A DNA stretch of 63,188 bases, filler included, from Octopus bimaculoides (taxonomy: Eukaryota): the NCBI RefSeq assembly GCF_001194135.2. It is 5 parts of 5 records of this genome, joined end to end, with 100 filler letters (N's around TTAATTAATTAA, not from the genome) between each part and the next. Parts side by side here need not be neighbours in the genome. Positions count along the whole stretch, not along the records: positions 24,132 to 40,716 come from NC_068986.1; 4 more parts are not named here. The stretch is one strand, 5' to 3'. Of the stretch, positions 27,335-38,354 are shown piece by piece (the stretch's first letter is position 1; every line of letters begins with the position of its first letter). The position numbers were made by a program, and so were the translations under genes. The notes below the pieces were generated by a model, which saw only the letters and a list, made by a program, of their open reading frames with translations, was not told where the DNA came from and did no database searches.

Positions 27335-28857
27335 GACCTGGGACCGTTATGATGATGATTGCAGTGTCACTTGATTCTGTGTTTCAAATAGGAATACCAT
27401 TGTCCTATTTAGTGGTGCTCATACCGAATATTTTGTTTGTTATAGCATGCTTTTATTTGAAAACTGAAACACAGCTGGTTTTAGCTTCTTTTCAAAGTGC
27501 TATTTACACATTTATCATGTTAGCTGTAATGGTTGGAGTCATTATCCAAGCTGCAGAAACATCACTTTTCAATCCAGGAGTAATCGTCATACTGAGTATG
27601 ACCATTCTAGTTACATTCTCTGGTTTATTACATTTACAGGAAATCTACTGCTTAATTTGTGGAATGGTATACTTTATCTGTATACCACTGGGATATCTAA
27701 TTCTAGTTATTTACTCAATGAGTAATATGCATATTGTATCCTGGGGGACGAGAGAAACAAAACAGAAAGCTACAACCGAAGAAATCAATCCAAAAGATAA
27801 CGAAAATTCTTTATCCTCAAGACTATCCAAAATGCTTGGAATTTCAGAATTGATGTCGATGATTAAGAATCTGTTCTATAAGGAAAAGAAAGAAACCGAA
27901 AACGCAATGTTAATACTTTTGCGGGAAATGAATGAAAACATAAAAGCTCTTACAGATAAAGCCTCGAATGAAGTCAAGACAACGGAGACAACGGAGACAA
28001 CGGAGACAACGGAAATAATGTCACTTACGAAATCAAAATCGAAAAGTTATAAAAGTATAAACAAATCAAAAGTCAGATTCTTCGATGAGGAAGTAAATAT
28101 TGAAAATGAGACACCAAAGAAGAAAGGTTCGCCATATTATTGGATGAAACATTCGTCTCTCGGAAATGGATTGAAAGCAAAGCTTTCAAAGACAGAAAGT
28201 AAGTTTTGGAAGCAATTCATCAACACATATCTTTATCCTCTTGAATTCACTAAAGAAGAAGAAGAAAGAGGAAAGGAGAATTTGCTTTATTTTCGTACAA
28301 GTTGTTGTAATGCTATGGCTTTACTCAACTTAATATGGATGGTTATTAATTTTATGTTTCAATACCGGAAGCCTTTTTTTATTACTATCGTAAGAATAGA
28401 AGAAGATATTAAAATTGAACCATTTTCTTTCTTGTTTCTTACAATTTTTGCCTTAGTTTTTGCGCTTCAGTTTTTTGGAATGATTCTACATAGGCTAGAG
28501 ACATTTTTTCATATCATATCTTGCACTCACATTATTTCTGAACACGCAGGTACTAAAATACGTCCTGAACTTTCTAAAGTTGACCAAAAAAAGGTGGTTA
28601 GACAAATGAGATATTCCATTGAAACTACTGTAAAACTGAGCAAGAAATCTGCATTTAGCCGAAAGGTCTCTGAACAAATACGAAAACAGTCCACTCATCC
28701 TAGATTAACACTTCATGAAACTTTAAGAATGAGAAATCTTGCTACTGTCATCTCATCAGGAGACCATACGGATGGCATTCCTTCCATGGCAATGTCTAAA
28801 AAAATAGCATTATCATATAACAACACCATGGGAAATAACGAAGAAAGTCATTTATAA
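27335..28857 (+). CDS. CHS: Chitin synthase, terminal exon (TM helices, WGTRE motif, predicted coiled coil, last TM block, C-tail)
   Basis: Acceptor tttttttttag ends at 27334. The phase matches the previous exon and joins as IIG-PGTVMMMIA. Open to TAA at 28855-28857. WGTRE is at 27742-27756, with hydrophobic helices before and after. Confidence 0.95.
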
Positions 28858-29009
28858 TATCGTTCGAGCATAATCTTAAAAACTATCGTAAAAGTTTATA
28901 TTATTAATTGCTTTATTCATGATACTATAAAGCACATGTTATTTACACCAATGTTTGTTTATTTTTATTTACGATATATATTCAATCTCATTTAATGTAA
29001 AATTGACGC

Positions 29010-29015
29010 AATAAA
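29010..29015 (+). promoter_or_regulatory. Candidate polyadenylation signal of the chitin synthase
   Basis: AATAAA about 150 nt after the stop codon, followed by T/GT-rich sequence. Confidence 0.5.
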
Positions 29016-30641
29016 ATTAACTGATATTATGTCATTGTAATTTTGGATCATTTTGGGGGTGAGGTGGGGAAGCGATATTTTAGCATTTTGGCATTACCTA
29101 CTTAAACTGTGAAACAAATCGTTACATATCTCTATTTATGTATCTACACACCCACATAGACACATACACTCACACACACATACACACACAACACAAACAC
29201 ACATATATATACATATATATGAGCATGCATAAATATATATATATATATATACATATGTATGTATGCATATGTACACACGCACAAGCATGCGTACGTACAG
29301 ACATACACACGCACACGCACACACACACACATATATACATACATATATACATTCTTTTAGTCTTTTCTTTTATTTGTTTCAGCCATTTGTCTGTAGCCGT
29401 GCTGGAACACCGCCACTAGTCTAACAAATCGTCCCCAGGCCTTATTCTTTGTAAGCCTAGTACTTATTCCATCGGGTCTTTTTGCCGAAGCGATAAGTTT
29501 CGGGGACCTAAACACACCAAAACTNNNNNNNNNNNNNNNNNNNNNNNNNNNNNNNNNNNNNNNNNNNNNNNNNNNNNNNNNNNNNNNNNNNNNNNNNNNN
29601 NNNNNNNNNNNNNNNNNNNNNNNNNNNNNNNNNNNNNNNNNNNNNNNNNNNNNNNNNNNNNNNNNNNNNNNNNNNNNNNNNNNNNNNNNNNNNNNNNNNN
29701 NNNNNNNNNNNNNNNNNNNNNNNNNNNNNNNNNNNNNNNNNNNNNNNNNNNNNNNNNNNNNNNNNNNNNNNNATATATATATATATATATATATATATAT
29801 AACGTGAGAGAGTTAGGGGTTGGGGGTACAACCATATACATACATATATAAGGTTGAGGAGGATATTGGATTTAACCAAACCCAAGAGGATACAGGTAAT
29901 ACCGAGTAAGTGCTGCATACCGACTGTTTACACGACTTATATATATATATATATATGTACACACACGCGCGCGCATATATATATATACGCGTGTATTAAA
30001 AAGAAATCTTTATTCGATATGGAGAAGACAAAAGAATCATTCCCTAAAATCAGTTTGATACTCCTGCGTTCGTAGCAACACTTCTATGTATAAAAATCAT
30101 CAAAAACAATTTGCATGTTTAGAAACTTCAAATGCACATAGTTTCTAAGTGAACTTAGTTAGAACCATGTCTACGCATAATATGTATCTTTGTATAAAAC
30201 CTTCAACTATAGTTTTAAGGACACATTGTCTTCATATCTTCTTGTAATAACATTACTGCTATGGCGTGTACACTTCCAGTGTTGCGAACTGGGTCCCAAG
30301 AAATATTCATTGCATTCATATTTCGACGTTTTCCAACTGATGTTGAGCGTATTTCCTGAAAATGTGCCTTAAACATTATTCTTAGATAATAGTCTTCAAC
30401 AAATATTTAATTGTAAAGCAAAAGGTGGACGTAATGTGAGTTTGAGACCTGAGTATTGACTAAAGGAACATCTTAAATATACGATGATTCTTTAGTCAAT
30501 AACAAATTAATACTTGTCACTCATATCTCACATAGTTTTTGTTGTTTCTGTTGTTGTTGTTCAGTTCTATATTTAAGAGATGGGGAATTATTTACATTAT
30601 TTACATTTGACGGATATTTGTTCTCATCTTGTTTATTGTTA

Positions 30642-30685
30642 GCACAACGTTTCGGCTGATATACCCTCCAGCCTTCATCAGGTGT
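30642..30685 (-). ncRNA. Minimal type I hammerhead ribozyme, second copy
   Basis: Minus strand reads ACAC-CTGATGA-A-GGCTG(gagggtatat)CAGCC-GAAAC-GTT-GTGC. Stem II is perfect; stem I is 3 bp then a mismatch. Confidence 0.78.
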
Positions 30686-30750
30686 CTTGGGGAAATTTCG
30701 AACCTGGGTTCTCATTCCTAAGGTATTTTTCGATGTTATTATTATTATTA

Positions 30751-30797
<47 letters not shown>

Positions 30798-30949
30798 GTT
30801 ATTATTATTATTATTATTATCATCATCATTCAGGTCACTGCCTGGAATCGAAATTGGAATCTTGGGGTTAGTAGCCCAGGAGCATATGTCGTAATGGTTA
30901 AGAGCGTGGGCTACTAACCCAAGATTCCGAGTTCGATTCCAGGCAGTGA

Positions 30950-30981
<32 letters not shown>

Positions 30982-31032
30982 TAATGATAACATCGAAAAA
31001 TACCTTAGAACCCAGGTTCGAAACTTTCCCAA

Positions 31033-31078
31033 GACACCTGATGAAGGTTGGAGAGTATATCAGCCGAAACGTTGTGTT
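31033..31078 (+). ncRNA. Minimal type I hammerhead ribozyme (Penelope-like, predicted dimer-cleaving)
   Basis: GACAC-CTGATGA-A-GGTTG(gagagtatat)CAGCC-GAAAC-GTT-GTGTT. Stem I is GACAC/GTGTT, stem II is 5 bp, stem III is the palindrome AACGTT. Predicted cut between 31073 and 31074. Confidence 0.85.
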
Positions 31079-31154
31079 AACAACAAACAAGATGACAAAT
31101 ATCCGTCAAATGTAAATAATGTTATTGTTGTTGTTGTTGTTGTTGTTATTATTA

Positions 31155-31805
31155 TTTAGTTTTAATCTGCATGTTTGTTACAATCATTTGCCGAGACGCA
31201 CCCAGCGTCCTGGGGCGAGAGAAGGCTAAGAGATGTTACAGTTTGACTGAGGTTTGGGGAGGGGAAGTGGCAGGGGCAGTAGCGAAATATTTTCATGTAA
31301 TACAATACAGACATTTAAATGGATAGGGTTTTTCTAAGGATGTGGGTTTAGTTGTCAGCACATTTTTGTTGATTTCTCTGAGACATGGTTCTCCTGAGAT
31401 GTTATCTAGATGTTTCTGACATCCCTTTTACATCATACCGAGGGCACCTACGATAGCAGGAACAGTTCTCACTTTAAGATGCCACATCTTTTGTATTTCA
31501 ATTTCCAGGCCATTAGATTTACTTAATTTGTCGAATTCCTTTACAGATATATTTTTATCAGTGGGAACGCTTCTATCAGTCTAAAAGTGTTTTCTTCCCT
31601 GTCTTTAACAATTATGTCTGGTCGATTAGCTTGGATCGTTCCGTCAGTGTTGACTAGAAAATCCCAGAGGATAGTGACATTTTTACCTTCAACAACTGGT
31701 TCGGGGTAATGTTCATACCAGTAAGCAGGAATGCTGATTTTGTAGTGATTACATATTTTCCCATGGAAATACTGTCCTACCCTATCGTGGCGAAATTTGT
31801 ATTCG

Positions 31806-31810
<5 letters not shown>
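31155..31810 (-). mobile_element. R4/Dong-clade 3' fragment (RLE domain plus 3' UTR)
   Basis: YKFRHDRVGQY...WYEHYPEPVVEGKNVTILWDF...NRPDIIVKDREENT...KMWHLKVRTVPAIVGALG. Confidence 0.88.
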
Positions 31811-31857
<47 letters not shown>

Positions 31858-31872
31858 GTTATTATTATTGTT

Positions 31873-31905
<33 letters not shown>

Positions 31906-31911
31906 ATCATT

Positions 31912-34900
31912 ATCATGAAAGCCTCTCTGATAGTTCTTTATTACCGGTTATTCTTTACTTGAAAGCAGGCAACAACAAATCACCAAAGTAGTGCCTTCTC
32001 CTGTGACTCAAAGAGTGAATACTCTCCTGAGAATGTGAGCTGTACCCAACAATGCTGTCTTCTGGATCACCGCGAGCTTGACAGCAGCTCCAATTTTCTT
32101 ATTATGTTTTTCAAATCTCTTGGAAACTGCTCCTAATGATCGAATTACCATCGGTATCACCATTACTTTCCTCACGCCGCATAAACTTTCCTATCTCGCC
32201 CTGCAGTGGCTGGTATTTCTCCATCTCTTCTGTTTTCTTACATTTCACTCTCGAATCGCCTGATATTGCAACATCTATTATCATTACTTCTATTTCATCT
32301 GTATGGATGAGCACGATATATATCCACTGGTAGTAAATCGTCTCGCCCCTATGACTTGGTCGCACTGCATATTAAAATTCCCAAGTATTTTGTAATGTTC
32401 GTTTTCCATTATTCCTTTGGCTTGTGTTCATGCCATTGTTCGGCTCTCTCGAGGTTTGCTTTACCACACAACAGCCAGTGGACGTATCTGGTCACATTAT
32501 CGTGTCTCCTTTTATATTCGCGTTATGCGAGCTTACAGAACTCACTAACAATATGGCTTATACTTTCTCCCTTCTCAGAGTACATTCTACACTGTGGCGA
32601 GTCAGTGCTTTTATCAATATGATATTTGGAGTCGTTTGTTCTGAGAGCTTGTTCTCGAGCGCTTCACACTAATGCCTCCGTGGGCCCTTTCGAGTCTCCT
32701 TTCTGCTGCCATTGCCAAGTTCTATTCCAATCAATCTCATCTTTATTCTTCAAGAACTGACTATGCATTTTCTTGTCCTGCCAAATTTTCTTCATCTGCT
32801 CTCTCTGGTCTTTCTTAAATTGTATCGGATCTGCGACTTTGTTCACTTATAAGGTACCCTGTATTCCACCGCTTCAATAATTTCTTCTTTACTTCCCTTG
32901 ACATACCAAGCCAGGCTATTCTCCTCTTCCCTTACACAACCTTCACAACACACTAATCCCCGTTCTACCTCCATCCTCTTTACATACAGTCTTGACATCA
33001 CTCTTGGGGTGTAGTTCCTTGTTCCTTGTCATTAATTTACGTTTTCTCCGGTCTATCTCTTGTAATTCATGCTTCTTCCGAGATACTATTCCTGCCCCAT
33101 ATCTCATCAAAGTAACAGCCCGCGTGTTAATTGCTCTAATCTTATAACGGCCATTTAGCTTCGATTGGAGCACAGGCCGAGTTCTCCTCAAATACTCTTT
33201 CCTGTACATTTCTTTCATCTTGTGTTCATTCATCTGATCTCTTTCAATGATACCCAGGTACTTACATCCTTTCTCTCCGACTTCCTTTATAGTTTTACCA
33301 CTTTCCAGCTTGATCCCTTGGCTTTTACTGATTTTCCCTTTTTTGAGAATCATTACACCACATTTCTCGATCCCAAATTCCATGCCAATATCTTTGCTAA
33401 TCATCTGCAAACTCTCAAACTCTCAATGCCTTTCTCAGTCTTAGCGAATAGCAATAGGTCATCCATAAACCACTGGTTGTTTACTTTTACCCTGCCTAGC
33501 ATGTATGTACTCAACACACATCTTTCTTAAAACGTTCAGTAGTGGCAGTACACAAACAACAAATAGGAGACTGTCCCGTTGATAGATTCCTCTTATGATA
33601 TTTACCTCTCCCAGCTTATCTTCTCATGCTGTGAGTTCAGTTCGCCACGTTGTCATTGAGTTTTGTATTAGCTTCAGAATATGGTGTGAGACCTTAAGCA
33701 GTTTAAGGCATTCAATAATCCACGAATGTGGGACCATGTTATATGCTTCCCTGTAGTCTACCCATGCCATCGGCAAATTTTTGTGTCTCTTCTTGCATCA
33801 GCCAGGATAGTCTTATCGATTAATCTTCGTTCCTCTGCTCTTAGGTTTACACCCTTTTTGTTCCACTGGTAGTAAATCGTTCTCATCTAGGTACTCACAG
33901 ATGCTGCTTGATATGATGGCCGTCATCAGTTTCCACATCAGTGGCAAACAAGATATTGGTCGGAAATTTCCAATCGCATTCCCTTTACTTGGGTCCTTCT
34001 GGAATACTACCGTTCTTATTTTGTTATCCAGGCCGGTACTTGAATGTTAGTATTTCGTCCAGCTGTCTTGCAATTCTTCTGTGCAGAGCTGTCAAGGTTT
34101 TTAAACCAAAAGCCCTGAACCCATCTTGGCCAGGCGCTTTCCAGTTAGGAATTTTCCTGCATTGATCTCTAATCATCCCCTCGGTTATTCTCAGTTCCCC
34201 CTGCTGATACTCTCCCCTCTCTTCTGAGTGTCTTTAACCATTCTGCTTCAATTTCGTGTTGTTTCTCCTCGGGCCATATGTTTGATCAGAATCTTTTACT
34301 TTCTTCAGTATCCGGCACGGCTTTTCACCTTTTTCATTCCCATCCAATTCCTGATAGACTCGTTTCTGATTTTGTTGGAAAAGTCTGTTTAATCTGTTCT
34401 GCTCAATGTTTTGTTCATATCTCTTTGGTCTATATGCTTTAGCTTTCAACCTGTTTTAATTCCTCAATCACAACACTGATTCCCTTCCTGTTCACCCTTT
34501 ACTTCTTCTCTAGCTCAGCATATTTCTCTCGCTGAACTTCATTTCTCTTTTTCCCCTCTAGAATATCAATATGCTTTCTGGTCGCGTAAATAGACTGTGT
34601 TATTCTCCTTTTCCACCATGGCTCCTTCAAGTTATGCTGACATTTACCTTTGACTTTCAAACCTAACTTCCGAGCTAAGATCGAGATTGCATTTATCAGA
34701 TTCCTGGTGTCTGTGATGTTGTCAGTCTTGATATCACCAGTGATATCATCTATCTTCCAGACTCATTCATTGAGTTTCCTTCTGTCTACTTTTTAAAACC
34801 CTGTATGAAAGCTCTGTTCACCAGCGGTCCAAATATCAACGATTTCACTTGAACTGGATATTTGTTCCTCGGTTCTCTCATCGCTTTCCTAATGAATAAT

Positions 34901-35135
34901 CTTAGCCTCATGCTCGTTTTCTTCCTTTAACTCCACTACCATAGTTTCACTATCTGCATTCTCTTCCCATCCTTCCCGTTCACCGCTGGTTTTACTTTCC
35001 CTAAGCACCCGTCGCTTAATGCTTTCTGGTTCAACTGGAGATAACCATTCATTCTTTCTGATAACTCTAACTTGGTCACACAGATATTGTTCACTTAATT
35101 CAAATAGGCCTCTGTCACTCCATGCCCTGTGCTTT
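31912..35135 (-). mobile_element. R4/Dong-clade non-LTR retrotransposon, near full ORF length, decayed
   Basis: Frame fragments SEQYLCDQVRVIRKNEWLS, FMDDL, DIGMEFGIEKCGV, KYLGIIE, RRHDNV, plus the restriction-like endonuclease end and a 3' UTR running into (AAT/AAC)n. Many stops and frameshifts. 5' side bounded by (AAG)n. Confidence 0.9.
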
Positions 35136-35192
35136 CTTCTTCTTCTTCTTCTTCTTCTTCTTCTTCTTCTTCTTCTTCTTCTTCTTCTTCTT

Positions 35193-35223
<31 letters not shown>

Positions 35224-35389
35224 GACTTTCATACTTTAAATAAATACCAGTCTCGCACTGGTGTCGATGTAATCGACTTAATACCTCTCCCCCAAGCGGC
35301 CCTTGAGGCAAAAATTATTATCATAATTATCATTATTACTATTTAATTGTCTTTGCACAGCTTCTAACGCTGGAGTTGTACTACGGTGT

Positions 35390-35600
35390 CAGTTGTTCCC
35401 AGGGCTCCGACAATTATTGGTACTACTACCACTTTTTTCAGTGACAACTACTTAACCTCCCAAGCTAGCCTGTCATATCTATCGACTTTTCTTTCTTCTT
35501 TATCGCATACCTTGTTGTCAGCTGGGCATACTATATCTATGATCCAGCATCGTTTGCTTTCTTTCTCAATTAACGCTATGTCCGGTTTCCTATTACTATT
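35390..35600 (-). mobile_element. R4/Dong-clade RLE fragment
   Basis: NRKPDIALIEKESKRCWIIDIVCPADNKVCDKEERKVDRYDRLAWEVK*...VVVPIIVGALGT. Confidence 0.85.
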
Positions 35601-35616
35601 ATTATTATTATTATTG

Positions 35617-35660
<44 letters not shown>

Positions 35661-35661
<1 letters not shown>

Positions 35662-38140
35662 GAGGGAGAACTAGTCAGCAAACTAGAAGAGGCTATTAGT
35701 AAAGTCATCGTGACCGACGTGTTAGCAGTGAGAATGGCCCCTGACCATTTCCTTATCAAAGCTAAGGTCCGTGTGCTAAAGCACGAAGGAACTAAAGCCG
35801 TCCGATGGGCCCGAACGGTAGAGACGCGACGTGAAAACAAAACCACGATCAAGTTTTTGACGGATCAGGACGGACGCGGCTGCTTTGGGGAGGGTGATAG
35901 GTCGACGACGTTAGCGAACTTTACTTCGTGTCTAGACGGCCTTCCACGGTACTCAGTGACGGATGCGATATTCTGCAAAAAGCCGATTACAGCCACTGAA
36001 ATACGGGAGGGAATGAGTGATTGTGCAAGTCACAAATCGTCCAGCTTGGATCGTCTGCCCTACGAATTCTATATATTCATGCCAGATTTGTTTAACAGCC
36101 TCTTGGCAGATGTCCACAGTAACTGGCAGCAGAACAGAAGAATTCCCAATGCTGTTAGACGGGGTGTGGTAATACTGCTGAGAAAAGACGCCGACAACGG
36201 GAACGTGCGAGGGAATTTTCGGCCCATAACTCTGCTAAATACAGAGTTTAAGATTTTGACCGACGTGTTAGCGAAAAGGTCAGCGCGTGTCATTGGTAAT
36301 CTGGTCAGAGAGGCACGAACGTGTGCAGTGCCGATCAGATCTATTCACGACAACCTTCACCTTATGCGATACATCGTAGACAGAGCTGGGACTAAAGCTG
36401 GCTTCGGTGGGGATGCTGTTACCTCTTCTGTTTGTGTTGGCTCTCGAGCCACTGTTGCGGAAGGTGGAACAGTTGAGAGGCCTCCCTTTCGAAATTGTAC
36501 TCGGGAGGGCAGTGTCGGATTACATGGACGACGTCACCGTCATGGTGTGGAAAGCCTCAGAAGTGGAGACGGTCGGCTCCATTGTAAAAGAATATGAGTC
36601 GGTGGCAAGGGCCAAAGTCAACGCCTACAAGTCGGTGGGATTGTGAGTGGTCACCTGGAGAGGCAGAACGATGCCGTCGGACGGTGTCATCGGATGCTGG
36701 ACTGACGGACCAGTAAAACTGCTCGAAGTCTGGTTCGGTCCAGACCTCCAGGCGCATAAGAATTAGAAAGAAGTGACTAACAGGTTTTCTTGTCTTATCC
36801 AGAAATGGGCAGAGAGGACGTTGTCTCCGAAAGGTCGGACAGGGGTGGCGAATGCCTACATCGACTTCGTCATTATTTATCGTCAGGCCGTTGAGCCTTG
36901 CACCATTTACTACTTGATTAGATTGGAGCGTATCCTGTTTATTTTCTTGTGGAAAGGATATGTTCCAATGGTCAGGTGGTCAGTCTGCTGTCAACTTCCT
37001 CTGCGTGCCGACTTAGGCATGCCGTGGCTTTTAATGCACAGACACGCACTCAAGGTACACCACCTGCAACGATTTCTAGAAGGTGAACGTCTGTAGGCTC
37101 CGTTTGTGAAACACGCTTTTCCACAGCTCGTCTCTTCGACAGACCTGCAGTTCTAGGTAAAGGACAGGCCGAGACTGGGCGCCTGGTACTTACAATGTCG
37201 TCAGGCGCTCACTGTAGTCTACCTGTCGGGCAATAGGATCGGTGGATGTTCCACTTTAGCTATTTATAGAGGATTAGTAGCGGGGAAGCACGACAACCTC
37301 CTCGGGGTGGCTCTAGACGTCGACGAAGACGAACTGGCAAGTCTATTCCGGAGGACATTCCTGTCAAGTACTATTATGGATAATTTCCATATGACTTTGG
37401 CCTGGCAGTGTCACCGTGGGGTGCTACCGGTTCGAGATAAACTCTACAGGCACGGATGTGCTGTCAGACAGGCTTGTCTGAATTGATCGCAGAGCGACGA
37501 AACCGTTCAGTGCATTCGTTCAGTGTCCAGGAATTGCTGATTTGTGGCGTTATATCGTTCAGTGTCCGGGAATTGCTGACTTGTGGAGTTCCATTGAACA
37601 GCTGGTGTCGCGTGTAGGACCTGCTCCGTCTGTCAGTCGAGTCCATGATGATGATTGCCCTGCCACCCTCCCTTAATCGGGCAGGCAAGGAAGTTTTTCT
37701 TTGTCTGGTGACCGTGGCGAGAGATGTTATTTGGTGGATGAGGCTGAATTGAATGAGGACAGAAACTTTCCTCTTTTCCTCATCGACTTCTTCAAGTTTC
37801 ACTTGAAAATGAAAGTGAGGGTGGAGAGGGAGAGTCTGTTCTTGATCGAATTTATGAAAAGGTGGGTGAAATTTGTGAAAATGGCAAGAGTGGATGGTGT
37901 CAGTCTCAGTGTAGACTTGTGAGTCGGAAGAAAGGAGTTGAAGAGGGCTCTCGTCGATAATATTTAGGGTGATTTTAGATGGTGGTGTTCTTTGATTATC
38001 TCTAGATATCCTCCTGTATTAGGGGGACCCCATCACTATCACCTTTTTTTCTTCCTTCTTTTTCTAGTGTCGTATACTATGTGTACTACCCTTCTTCTAA
38101 TGTATGCCATGTATACTTTTTACTCTATCATTCCATTATA
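35661..38140 (+). mobile_element. Tx1/L1-clade LINE ORF2 remnant, 5'-truncated
   Basis: GVVILLRKD...NFRPITLLNTEFKIL, PLLFVLALEPLLRK, YMDD at 36521-36532, a decayed C-terminal Cys/His motif (GCAVRQACLN...FVQC), stop at 37922, then a 3' UTR. Confidence 0.9.
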
Positions 38141-38147
38141 TTATTCA

Positions 38148-38352
38148 GACGGCGAGCTTGCAGAAACTCTAGCACGCCGGCCAACCTGCTTAGCAGCATT
38201 TCATCCGCCTTAACGTTTTGAGTTCAAATTCCGCCGTAGTCGACTTTGTCTTTCATCCTTTCGGGATCGATAAATTAAGTACCAATGAAATACTGGAGTC
38301 GATGTAGTCCCTTCTCCCAAAATTTCAGGCCTTGTGCCTATAGCAGAAAGGA
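38148..38352 (+). mobile_element. SINE family C (further copies at about 3915-4100, 4640-4790, 10655-10828, 18180-18415, 47590-47790, 48720-50030 split by the mariner, 56940-57085)
   Basis: Same central motif TTTCATCCTTTCGGGATCGATAAATTAAGTACC. Confidence 0.85.
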
Positions 38353-38354
38353 TT

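Larger units (their letters stand above)
30594..31122. repeat. Head-to-head inverted pair of a tRNA-headed, hammerhead-bearing retroelement (about 530-bp imperfect palindrome)
   Basis: 30594-30878 is the reverse complement of 30907-31122, with scattered substitutions, one ~7-nt indel and different (AAT)n lengths. The 28-nt unpaired centre is 30879-30906. Confidence 0.93.

Noticed and set aside
30879-30950. tRNA gene
   Set aside because: It has A and B boxes, but I could not find an acceptor stem or a complete cloverleaf. It is treated as a SINE head, as are the other tRNA-like heads in the window.
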